A stretch of 44,037 nucleotides of DNA from Pseudomonadota bacterium (GTDB taxonomy: Bacteria; Desulfobacterota; Anaeroferrophillalia; Anaeroferrophillales; Tharpellaceae), in assembly GCA_015486445.1 (NCBI GenBank), contig WFRT01000177.1:1-44037 (forward strand), read 5' to 3'. The notes beneath the pieces were generated by a model, which saw only the letters and a list, made by a program, of their open reading frames with translations, was not told the DNA's origin and made no database searches. This document shows positions 8,121-18,429 of this stretch, piece after piece. Every line of letters starts with the position of its first letter. Position 1 is the first letter of the stretch. A program made the position numbers and the translations under genes.

Positions 8121-9638
8121 ATGGGCATGAACATCTCGATATTTTTCAACAACGTCAACCTGCTGGTCTACGGCCAGGATGAAGAGACCGGAAAAATCGA
8201 ACCGGTCCACCTGGGCGACATCTCGACCACGGTTGAAATCATGACCACCCGGGGCCCGGAAACACTCCACCTGGTTCCGGCCATGATCTGCTACGGCGAC
8301 CGCATCTACTGCGGCCAGGAGGTCTTCAGCCAGAAAAAATTCAACTCCCCGGCAACCTTCAAATACATGAAGCAGTATATCGGCAAAGGCCAGCATCTGC
8401 ACCGGATTATCGGCGACCAGGAGATTTCGACCTTCCAGGCGGCCAGCGACCTGATGATCAACATTATCGACCGGATCCACGAACGCTACGGCCGGGAGAA
8501 CATCGGTATGATCGTTTTCATTGTCGAACCGTTGAACTTCTCGGTCTTTGCCTCACTCATCGAAAGCTTCTGCCTGCGCATCGGCCTGGTCAACTACAAG
8601 GTCGTGGACGAAGCGGTCTGCGCCCTGCTCGAATACAACCTCGCCAACCAGCTCGACCACCACCTGATCTATCTCCATTTCGGCTACACGACCATCGACC
8701 TGACCCTGCTCAAGGTCACCGAGAGCAACCGCGAACCCCGCCTGAAAAGTGTCATCATCTGCAGCATGCACAAAAATTACGGGGCCGTCGATATCGACAA
8801 GACGATCCAGGACTACTTTGCCGACCGCTGCCAGATCAGCATGAAAAAAGCCCGGGAAATCAGGGAGCAGCTGAATCGCCGGCCCCACTACCAGGAGACG
8901 GTCGACGGCCGGGAACTCAAGCTTTCCCGGCAGCAGCTCCATGTCATGCTGGACCGGAAAGGCTACGGCGAGGAGCTCAAGGTCCTGTTGCGCGACCTCT
9001 TCGACCTGGCCTCGGGTTACGGCGTCACTTACGAAAACATCAACTATGTTCTGGGTACCGGGCTGAGCCTGCCGACCCCTTACTACCACGATATCCTGAA
9101 GGCCTTTTTCGGCCCCAAGTTTCTCAGCCGGAAAGCCCACGACGCGATCCCTCTCGGGGCCCTGCGCTACCTCCAGAAGGGGGGCCGCCAGGCCACCATC
9201 AAGGCCAACTACGCCCTGCGCAGCCGCACCGCCCGGGGCGAAGGCTACCGTTTTGACATCATCGTTCCCAAGGGCACCCCCTACCCGACCCAGAACGGGG
9301 TTACCAGCATCATCGCCAACGGCTTTTATGCCGGCCAGATCGAGGTCGAACTCGATATCTTCCGCATGGACCGGCCCGAAAGCAGCAGCGACCGGGAAAT
9401 CGTCATCGACGATACCGGCCGGATGCAGCTGGAAGAGAACCTGGGCGACGAGCAGCAGTCTTTCATCAACGAAGCCAGCCCCGAGATCATCCCCCTGGAC
9501 CCGCCGGCCCTGGACAACGAACGCCGCCTGGAAATTACCTTCGACATCAGCCTGAACCGCGACCTCCTGATAACCGTCAAGGACTTGAGGCGCAACCAGA
9601 CGATCTGGAAACGAAAAAAATCGGTGCGCCTGGAATGA
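8121..9638 (+). CDS. Hsp70/DnaK-superfamily protein with degenerate nucleotide-binding motifs (NBD plus beta-sandwich SBD-like C-terminus, no helical lid)
   Basis: Collinear matches to DnaK landmarks, listed as ORF vs DnaK. VPAMICYGDRIYCGQEV vs TPSIIAY..LVGQPA. VFIVEPLNFS vs VITVPAYFND. KVVDEAVCALLEYN vs RIINEPTAAALAYG. YLHFGYTTIDLT vs YDLGGGTFDIS. VLGTGLSLPTP..ILKAFFG vs ILVGGQTRMP..VAEFFG. IIVPKGTPYPTQ vs LIAKNTTIPTK. RLEITFDISLNRDLLITVKD vs [20 protein letters not shown]. Confidence 0.75.
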   Translation: MGMNISIFFNNVNLLVYGQDEETGKIEPVHLGDISTTVEIMTTRGPETLHLVPAMICYGDRIYCGQEVFSQKKFNSPATFKYMKQYIGKGQHLHRIIGDQEISTFQAASDLMINIIDRIHERYGRENIGMIVFIVEPLNFSVFASLIESFCLRIGLVNYKVVDEAVCALLEYNLANQLDHHLIYLHFGYTTIDLTLLKVTESNREPRLKSVIICSMHKNYGAVDIDKTIQDYFADRCQISMKKAREIREQLNRRPHYQETVDGRELKLSRQQLHVMLDRKGYGEELKVLLRDLFDLASGYGVTYENINYVLGTGLSLPTPYYHDILKAFFGPKFLSRKAHDAIPLGALRYLQKGGRQATIKANYALRSRTARGEGYRFDIIVPKGTPYPTQNGVTSIIANGFYAGQIEVELDIFRMDRPESSSDREIVIDDTGRMQLEENLGDEQQSFINEASPEIIPLDPPALDNERRLEITFDISLNRDLLITVKDLRRNQTIWKRKKSVRLE

Positions 9639-9847
9639 AAAACGAAAACCTCGAAACCCGGCCGGCGGCTCTCCGTTCCCGCGCTCCCGAAAAACCGCCG
9701 CGGCAGACTTTCATCACGATCTCCCCGGATGGCGAAATTGCCGCCTGGGGGCTTGATCCAGACGTGGAAAAACTGATTTTGCGCTTGACCGGAAACCGGG
9801 AGTTGATTAAAGCTAACCGGAAAATGGCCTACGAATTGTGCGGTTAA
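9635..9847 (+). CDS. Hypothetical 70-aa protein, translationally coupled to the Hsp70-like gene
   Basis: Its ATG overlaps the upstream TGA (ATGA at 9635-9638). The ORF fills the gap to the AAA+ gene (46 nt remain). No recognisable family. Confidence 0.45.
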   Translation: MKNENLETRPAALRSRAPEKPPRQTFITISPDGEIAAWGLDPDVEKLILRLTGNRELIKANRKMAYELCG

Positions 9848-9893
9848 AATCTCCCGGCCGCCGCTGCCGGCCGGCACAGCAAGGGGACCAGCG

Positions 9894-11384
9894 ATGAACT
9901 TTCTCGACAATTTCAACACGACGATCCGCAGCAACCATTCCCTGATCAACATCGTAACTTACGAAGAGGCCAGGTTTCTCTTGATGGTGGCCGAGTCCCC
10001 GTTGTTCAAGGACAAAAGCATCATCGTCTGGGACCTGGCCGACGGCTTCAAGACGATCAAGGGCAGCACCAGCGGCATCAAGAACAAGGAGCGCGCCGAC
10101 CCGATCCACTGCCTCCAGGAAGTCAAGAAGTTCAGCGGCAACGCTATCTTCATCCTGCGCGACTTCCACCTGCATTTCCGGGAAAGCATCATCCTGCGCT
10201 CGCTGCGCAACCTCAACCAGGACCTGCGCGCGAGCAAAAAGACCATCGTCATAACCACCCCGACCTCCACCCTGCCGGCGGAACTGCGTGAAGATGTCTG
10301 CCAGATCGAGCTTGAACTGCCGGGCTACAAGGAGATCGAGAAGGAACTCGACAACGTCGTTGCCAGCACGTCCCAGCCCAATCCGCCGACCCCGCAGCTC
10401 AAGGAAAAGATTGTCGAATCGACCCTGGGACTGTCGATGGTCAACATCAAGAACCTGTTTTCCCGAATCATCATCACCCACGGGGTTATCGATGAACGGG
10501 CGATAGAGATCATCCTGCACGAAAAACGCAGCATCATCAAGAAAGGGGAGATCCTCGAATTCTTTCCGGTCCAGGAAAGCCTCAACGATATCGGCGGGCT
10601 GGAAAATCTCAAGGCCTGGCTGCGCAAGCGCAGCCAGGTTTTCACCCACAAGGCCAAGGACTACGGCCTGCCGGCCCCCAAGGGAATCCTGATCATCGGT
10701 ATTCAGGGCACCGGCAAAAGCCTGACCGCCAAGGCCACGGCCGGGCTCTGGAAACTGCCGCTGCTGCGCATGGACCTGGGCAAGGTCTTCGGCAGCCTGC
10801 TGGGTGAATCGGAACAGAATCTGCGCCAGGCCATCAACCTGGCCGAAACCATTTCACCCTGCATTCTCTGGGTTGACGAGTTGGAAAAAGCCTTTGCCGG
10901 CAGCACCGGCGGGGCCGGCGACGGCGGCACCTCGGCCCGCATTCTCGGCACCTTTCTCACCTGGATGCAGGAAAAAACCAAGCCGGTCTTCATCATCGCC
11001 ACCGGCAACGACGTCGCCCAACTGCCGCCCGAGTTGATGCGCAAGGGCCGCTTCGACGAAATCTTCTTTGTCGACCTGCCCTCCAATTCGGAGCGCCAGG
11101 CGATTTTCAAGGTCCTGCTCGAGAAGGTCCGGCCGGTGATCCGCCAGTTCAACCTTGAAAAACTGGCCGAGGCCACCGAAGGCTACAGCGGAGCCGAAAT
11201 CGAGCAGATCATCTATGACGCGATGTTCAATGCCTTCGACGACAACCAGCGTGAATTTACCGAAGAAGACATCCTGGGCAGCGTTTCGGAGATCATCCCG
11301 ATTTCACGCCTGATGAGTGAGAAGATCGGGGCCCTCAGAACCTGGGCCACGCACCGGACCCGCAAGGCCAACAGCGAAACCTGA
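9894..11384 (+). CDS. Classical-clade AAA+ ATPase, Ycf46-like (single AAA module with ~250-aa N-terminal domain)
   Basis: Walker A GIQGTGKS, Walker B ILWVDELEKAF, sensor-1/SRH FIIATGNDVAQLPPELMRKGRFDEIFFVDLP, lid GYSGAEIEQI. The N-terminal IRSNHSLINIVTYEEARFL resembles the Ycf46 family N-domain as I recall it. SD-like AAGGGGA sits upstream. Confidence 0.85.
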   Translation: MNFLDNFNTTIRSNHSLINIVTYEEARFLLMVAESPLFKDKSIIVWDLADGFKTIKGSTSGIKNKERADPIHCLQEVKKFSGNAIFILRDFHLHFRESIILRSLRNLNQDLRASKKTIVITTPTSTLPAELREDVCQIELELPGYKEIEKELDNVVASTSQPNPPTPQLKEKIVESTLGLSMVNIKNLFSRIIITHGVIDERAIEIILHEKRSIIKKGEILEFFPVQESLNDIGGLENLKAWLRKRSQVFTHKAKDYGLPAPKGILIIGIQGTGKSLTAKATAGLWKLPLLRMDLGKVFGSLLGESEQNLRQAINLAETISPCILWVDELEKAFAGSTGGAGDGGTSARILGTFLTWMQEKTKPVFIIATGNDVAQLPPELMRKGRFDEIFFVDLPSNSERQAIFKVLLEKVRPVIRQFNLEKLAEATEGYSGAEIEQIIYDAMFNAFDDNQREFTEEDILGSVSEIIPISRLMSEKIGALRTWATHRTRKANSET

Positions 11385-11464
11385 GAAGTATCCGACTAAA
11401 CCTTTGGCAACCCAGTGAGGGAGCGGCCGCGAAACCAGGCCATGCGCCCCGAAGGAGTACGGCA

Positions 11465-11842
11465 ATGTCACATTTCACCAAGCTCAGAACCAAGATCACC
11501 GACAAGATCTTCCTGAAAAAAGCGATCAGCGACATGGAACTGGAATACGAGGAGGGCAAGCTCAAGGCCAGGGGCTGGCTCTGGAAAAGGGAAAAGGCCG
11601 ACCTGATCATCCCGACCAAAAGCGGCTATGACATAGGTTTCCGCTTCAACGGTGAAACCTACGACATCGTCGCCGACTGGGACTCGATCAAGGACGTCGA
11701 CCAGGAGACTTTCGTCAATACCCTGAGTCAGCGCTACGCCTACAACGTAGTCAAGGAAACCCTGGCCCAGCAGGGTTTCCTCCTGACCGAGGAACAGGTC
11801 AAAAGCGGCAACATCAACCTGACCCTGAGCCGGGAGCAGTAG
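11465..11842 (+). CDS. DUF1257 (Ycf35-like) protein
   Basis: 125-aa ORF starting MSHFTKLRTKITDKIFLKKAISDMELEYEEG. The MSHF..I.T.I.D start is the hallmark I associate with DUF1257/Ycf35. Strong SD GAAGGAG lies 7 nt upstream. Confidence 0.7.
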   Translation: MSHFTKLRTKITDKIFLKKAISDMELEYEEGKLKARGWLWKREKADLIIPTKSGYDIGFRFNGETYDIVADWDSIKDVDQETFVNTLSQRYAYNVVKETLAQQGFLLTEEQVKSGNINLTLSREQ

Positions 11843-11897
11843 CTCCCCATACCCGACCGGTCACCTTTTCCGGCCTTAGACACGGAGACCAGAAATC

Positions 11898-12095
11898 ATG
11901 GAAAAAATCAATATCACGATCGCCCGGGACGGTTCCGTCAAACTTGAACTGGACGGCTTTACCGGCGGCAAGTGCATGGAAGCGACCAAGGCCCTGGAGA
12001 CCCTGCTGGGCGGCGAAGTAATCGAGCGGGAACTGACCAGCGAATACTACGCGGCCGAAGAGGTCAAACAGGAAGAAAAACTTTCCGCGACCTGA
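11898..12095 (+). CDS. DUF2997 protein
   Basis: 65-aa ORF MEKINITIARDGSVKLELDGFTGGKCMEATKALETLLGGEVIERELTSEYY. It fits the I.I..DG.V.....G..G..C...T..LE..LG......T.EYY pattern I associate with DUF2997. Follows the DUF1257 gene, as is typical for this pair. Confidence 0.65.
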   Translation: MEKINITIARDGSVKLELDGFTGGKCMEATKALETLLGGEVIERELTSEYYAAEEVKQEEKLSAT

Positions 12096-12131
12096 TTTAA
12101 ACCAGGCCGCAACCAGAGCGACAACCAACTT

Positions 12132-12174
12132 AAAGGGGCGCCCGCAAAACTTACGGACGCCCCTTTTCTGTTTT
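12132..12174 (+). terminator. Rho-independent terminator ending the six-gene operon (possibly bidirectional, also serving asd)
   Basis: Stem AAAGGGGCG (12132-12140) / CGCCCCTTT (12158-12166) followed by TCTGTTTT. An A-rich left flank gives a weaker U-tract on the minus strand. Confidence 0.8.
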
Positions 12175-12183
12175 CCTTAACTT

Positions 12184-12233
12184 GCAACTATTCAGCTAAT
12201 TTTTTTCCCCTCTTTCAGGAGGGGAGAGAAAAA
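12184..12233 (-). repeat. Solo right-end fragment of the foldback repeat (inverted orientation)
   Basis: GCAACTATTCAGCTAATTTTTTTCCCCTCTTTCAGGAGGGG is the reverse complement of the right end of copies A-C (..CCCCTCCTGAAAGA.GGGAGATA.AATTTAGCTGAATAGTTAC). Contains hairpin CCCCTC/GAGGGG. Abuts the asd stop codon. Confidence 0.7.
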
Positions 12234-13259
12234 TTAGAGGTATTCCCGGATAAGGATTTCGGCAATCTGGACGGCGTTTAGGGCCGCGCCCTTGCGGATG
12301 TTGTCGGCCACGACCCAGAGGTTGAGGCCATTGGCGATCGATTCGTCTTCGCGGATACGGCCGACAAAGGTCTCGTCCCGGCCGGCGGCGTCAATCGCCA
12401 GGGGGTAGAGATTTTCTTCCAGCTCGTCGACCAGCTCGACCCCGGGGGCCTGCGCCATCAGTTCGCGAACCTCGGCAACCGAAATCTTTCTTTCGGTCTC
12501 GACATTGATCGACTCGGAGTGGCCGAAAAAAACCGGGACCCGGACCGCGGTAGCCGTGACCCCGACCCGATCGTCAGAGAAAATCTTGCGGGTCTCGTTG
12601 ACCATCTTCATCTCCTCGCGGGAGTAGCCGTTATCGAGGAAGACATCGATGTGGGGCAGGCAGTTGAAGGCGATCTGGTGGGGGTAGACATTGACCGGGA
12701 TTTCGTTCTCCTGGTTAAAAAGCGCCAGGACCTGCTTTTCGAGCTCGTCGATCGCCTTCTTGCCGCTGCCGGAGACCGCCTGGTAGGTCGAAACCACGAT
12801 CCGGCGGATGCCGGCGGCATCGTAAATCGGTTTCAGGGCGACCACCATCTGGATGGTCGAACAGTTGGGGTTGGCAATGATACCACGGGACCGATAATTG
12901 GCGATTTCGCCGGGGTTGACCTCGGGCACCACCAGGGGAACATCGGGCTCCATGCGGAAGGCATTGGTGTTGTCGATAACGACGGCCCCGGCGGCGGCGG
13001 CGGCCGGCGCGAACCGGGTGCTGATCGAGCCGCCGGCCGAAAACAGGGCGATGTCGACCCCGGCAAACGAATCCTCGGTCAGTTCCTCGACCTGATACTC
13101 CCGGCCCTTGAATTCGTAACTCCTGCCGACCGAGCGGGCCGAGGCCAGCAGCTTCAATTCGGCAACCGGAAAATCCCGCCCCTCCAGGGTCGCCATCATT
13201 TCATTGCCGACGGCCCCGGTGGCGCCCACCACGGCAACGTTGTAAGCTTGTTTCCTCAT
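12234..13259 (-). CDS. asd: Aspartate-semialdehyde dehydrogenase
   Basis: 341-aa ORF with NAD(P)-binding VAVVGATGAVG and active-site region IIANPNCSTIQMV. Full-length collinear family pattern. Confidence 0.9.
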   Translation of the reverse strand: MRKQAYNVAVVGATGAVGNEMMATLEGRDFPVAELKLLASARSVGRSYEFKGREYQVEELTEDSFAGVDIALFSAGGSISTRFAPAAAAAGAVVIDNTNAFRMEPDVPLVVPEVNPGEIANYRSRGIIANPNCSTIQMVVALKPIYDAAGIRRIVVSTYQAVSGSGKKAIDELEKQVLALFNQENEIPVNVYPHQIAFNCLPHIDVFLDNGYSREEMKMVNETRKIFSDDRVGVTATAVRVPVFFGHSESINVETERKISVAEVRELMAQAPGVELVDELEENLYPLAIDAAGRDETFVGRIREDESIANGLNLWVVADNIRKGAALNAVQIAEILIREYL

Positions 13260-13294
13260 CTGATTTCAACTCCCAGCTTCATGAAATATCTTTG

Positions 13295-13330
13295 CTGACT
13301 ATTCAGCTAAATTTTATCTCCCCTCTTCCA
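13295..13330 (-). repeat. Solo right-end fragment of the foldback repeat, 35 nt upstream of the asd start
   Basis: CTGACTATTCAGCTAAATTTTATCTCCCCTCTTCCA is the reverse complement of GGGGAGATAAAATTTAGCTGAATAGTCAG. Confidence 0.65.
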
Positions 13331-13340
13331 CCGGCCTACG

Positions 13341-13838
13341 CTATTCGGCCAGGCGCTTTTTCCAGTAAGCCATGAGACCGCCGGCATCGAGCAGGCCGCG
13401 CATGAATTCCGGCACCGGCCGGGCCGAGAAACTCCGCCCCGAGGTCAGATCTTCGATCAGCCCGGAGGCCGGGTCGATCCGGACCTCGTCGCCCTCGGCA
13501 ATCGCCGCCGCGGCTTCGGACGATTCGAGAATCAAAAGCCCGGTGTTAAAAGCGTTGCGGTAGAAGATCCGGGCAAAGGTCGGGGCGATGACGCAGGCAA
13601 CCCCGGCCGCCTTGATAGCAATCGGGGCGTGTTCGCGTGACGAGCCGCAGCCGAAATTCTTGCCGGCAATAATGATGTCGCCCGGTTTGACCCGGCCGGC
13701 AAACGCAACATCGGCATCTTCCATGCAGTGTTTGGCCAGTTCCTGCGGATCAGAGGTATTGAGATAACGGGCCGGGATGATCGCGTCGGTATCGATGTCG
13801 TCACCGAATTTCCAGGCCTTTCCCTTGATTGTGTCCAT
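13341..13838 (-). CDS. leuD: 3-isopropylmalate dehydratase small subunit (short LeuD type)
   Basis: 165-aa ORF with DIDTDAIIPARYL and GKNFGCGSSREHA motifs. Immediately downstream of leuC. Confidence 0.9.
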   Translation of the reverse strand: MDTIKGKAWKFGDDIDTDAIIPARYLNTSDPQELAKHCMEDADVAFAGRVKPGDIIIAGKNFGCGSSREHAPIAIKAAGVACVIAPTFARIFYRNAFNTGLLILESSEAAAAIAEGDEVRIDPASGLIEDLTSGRSFSARPVPEFMRGLLDAGGLMAYWKKRLAE

Positions 13839-13841
13839 ATC

Positions 13842-15125
<1,284 letters not shown>

Positions 15126-15148
15126 TTCGTTATTATCTCCTTAAAATT

Positions 15149-15177
15149 GTAACTATTCAGCTAAATTCTATCTCCCC
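15149..15177 (-). repeat. Solo right-end fragment of the foldback repeat, 23 nt upstream of the leuC start
   Basis: GTAACTATTCAGCTAAATTCTATCTCCCC is the exact reverse complement of the right end of copy A (GGGAGATAGAATTTAGCTGAATAGTTAC). Confidence 0.7.
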
Positions 15178-15208
15178 AACAACGCCGACGCCACGGCCGG
15201 CGGCCGGG

Positions 15209-16747
<1,539 letters not shown>

Positions 16748-16793
16748 TTTTCTTCTCCTGGAAATAGAATGGTTAACAAGAATATATGCAAAG

Positions 16794-16835
16794 CTAAAAA
16801 AACCCCTGGCGGCGCTATGCGGACCCAGGGGCTTT
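16794..16835 (-). terminator. Rho-independent terminator downstream of pssA
   Basis: Minus strand: stem CCCCTGG (16831-16825) / CCAGGGG (16809-16803) followed by TTTTTTT (16802-16796). Confidence 0.7.
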
Positions 16836-16871
16836 TGACTTCAAGCGGGAAACTTATACAGGCTTCGCAGT

Positions 16872-17636
16872 CTATTTCACTGGCGTCTCCGTTTCCGACT
16901 TCCGGTCACCCCTCGAGGTCCACGAGGTCAACCGCCTTAGTAGTCCGGTCAACCTTAGCAGGGCCTTGAACGGCCCGGAAAAGGTATAGATCAGGGCCAG
17001 GACAAAGAGGGAGACTTCGGGTTCGGCGGCGATCACGATAAAGACCATGGCCAGCATGACCAGGGCGATAAACGGAACCCGGCTGTGCAGCAGGCTCTCC
17101 TTGAAAGCCGGATACTTGATGTTGCTGACCATCAAAAAGGCCAGGGCGTAACAGAGCAGCAGAAGAACGATGTTGCGCTCGATCCCGACGGCGCCCAGAT
17201 GGTTGGTGATCAGGACCGTGGTCGCCAGCATGCTGGCGGCCGCGGGGATCGGCAGACCGTTAAAAACCCCCTTGTCCAAGGAGTCGACCTGGACATTGAA
17301 ACGGGCCAGTCGCAAGGCACCGCAGGCGGTAAAGAGAAAAGCGGCGAGCCAGCCGAAGCGGCCAAAGGAGGAGAGGCTCCACAAAAAGACCAGGAGCGCC
17401 GGCGCCACCCCGAAGGAAAGCAGGTCGGCCAGGGAATCGAATTCCATGCCGAAACGGCTGGTGGCCTTCATCATCCGGGCAACCTTGCCGTCAAGGATAT
17501 CGAAGATATTGGCCACGATAATCGCCGTGGCGGCCGTGGCGTAATCTCCCTTGATCGCCGAGATGATGGCAAAAAAGCCACAGAAAAGATTGCCCATCGT
17601 AAACAGGTTGGGCAGGATGTAGATGCCGCGTATCAA
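16872..17636 (-). CDS. pssA: CDP-diacylglycerol--serine O-phosphatidyltransferase
   Basis: 254-aa multi-TM ORF. The CDP-alcohol phosphatidyltransferase motif DGx2ARx8Gx3Dx3D is present as DILDGKVARMMKATSRFGMEFDSLAD. Confidence 0.85.
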   Translation of the reverse strand: MIRGIYILPNLFTMGNLFCGFFAIISAIKGDYATAATAIIVANIFDILDGKVARMMKATSRFGMEFDSLADLLSFGVAPALLVFLWSLSSFGRFGWLAAFLFTACGALRLARFNVQVDSLDKGVFNGLPIPAAASMLATTVLITNHLGAVGIERNIVLLLLCYALAFLMVSNIKYPAFKESLLHSRVPFIALVMLAMVFIVIAAEPEVSLFVLALIYTFSGPFKALLRLTGLLRRLTSWTSRGDRKSETETPVK

Positions 17637-17707
17637 AACCGTTCCTCGTGGTTCAACTGGAAAATCAGCCGGATTACAAAAACCCCGTCAGTACCCTATT
17701 AACATAA

Positions 17708-18376
17708 TCAGGCATCTTTTGGCAAGTAGCCGATAACGGTCTCGCCGGCCTTGACGTGCTGGCCCGGGCTGACATCGATCTCGGCCGCCGGGGGCAGGTA
17801 GAGATCAACCCGGGAACCAAACCGGATCAGGCCGCAGCGCTGCCCTTTTTCGACGGCCTCGCCGGGCTCGACAAAACATACGATGCGGCGGGCGATGAGC
17901 CCGGCAATCTGGACAAAAGCCAGCCGCCGGCCCTGTTCGTCATCCATGACGATCAGGTTGCGCTCGTTCTCTTCGGCGGCCTTGTCGAGATTGGCGGAAA
18001 AGAACTTGCCGGGCCGGTAAAATATGCCGACTATCCGGCCGGCGGCCGGAACCCGGTTGATATGGACGTTGAAGACCGACATGAAGATCGAAACCTTGAT
18101 ACTGGCACCCATCTCGGCCGCCGCCGGGGCCTCGGTTTCGGTGATCGAAAGCACCTTCCCGTCGGCCGGCGACACCAGGCTGCCGGCTTTTTGCGGGGGA
18201 AATCTCTCCGGATCACGGAAAAAGGCGCCGCAGAAGATACCAAGCAGCAGGCAGGGCTTCCACAGCCAGCCCCAGCCCAAAATCAGAAAAATGATCGTGG
18301 CCAGGCCGAAACCAAGCAGCCAGCGATGCCCTTCCGGATGAATTCGATTGAGCAGGGGTATATTGTCAAGATTCAC
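17708..18376 (-). CDS. psd: Phosphatidylserine decarboxylase proenzyme (short type)
   Basis: 222-aa ORF with N-terminal TM segments and FGSRVD (the GS self-cleavage site region) near the C-terminus. Adjacent to pssA. Confidence 0.8.
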   Translation of the reverse strand: MNLDNIPLLNRIHPEGHRWLLGFGLATIIFLILGWGWLWKPCLLLGIFCGAFFRDPERFPPQKAGSLVSPADGKVLSITETEAPAAAEMGASIKVSIFMSVFNVHINRVPAAGRIVGIFYRPGKFFSANLDKAAEENERNLIVMDDEQGRRLAFVQIAGLIARRIVCFVEPGEAVEKGQRCGLIRFGSRVDLYLPPAAEIDVSPGQHVKAGETVIGYLPKDA

Positions 18377-18429
18377 TTTAATCAGCTCTCCCTGGGCCGT
18401 TTACCGCGGGTCGAAAAAAACGGAAACCG

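Noticed and set aside
12184-12233. Hairpin CCCCTC/GAGGGG in the solo repeat end as the asd terminator
   Set aside because: The stem is not followed by a U-tract on either strand. The neighbouring 12132-12174 hairpin, with flanking A- and T-runs, is a better (bidirectional) terminator candidate.
16748-16871. T-box or leader-peptide attenuator upstream of leuA
   Set aside because: The spacer is only 124 nt and is largely occupied by the pssA terminator. I saw no T-box consensus, no specifier-type structure and no Leu-rich leader ORF.
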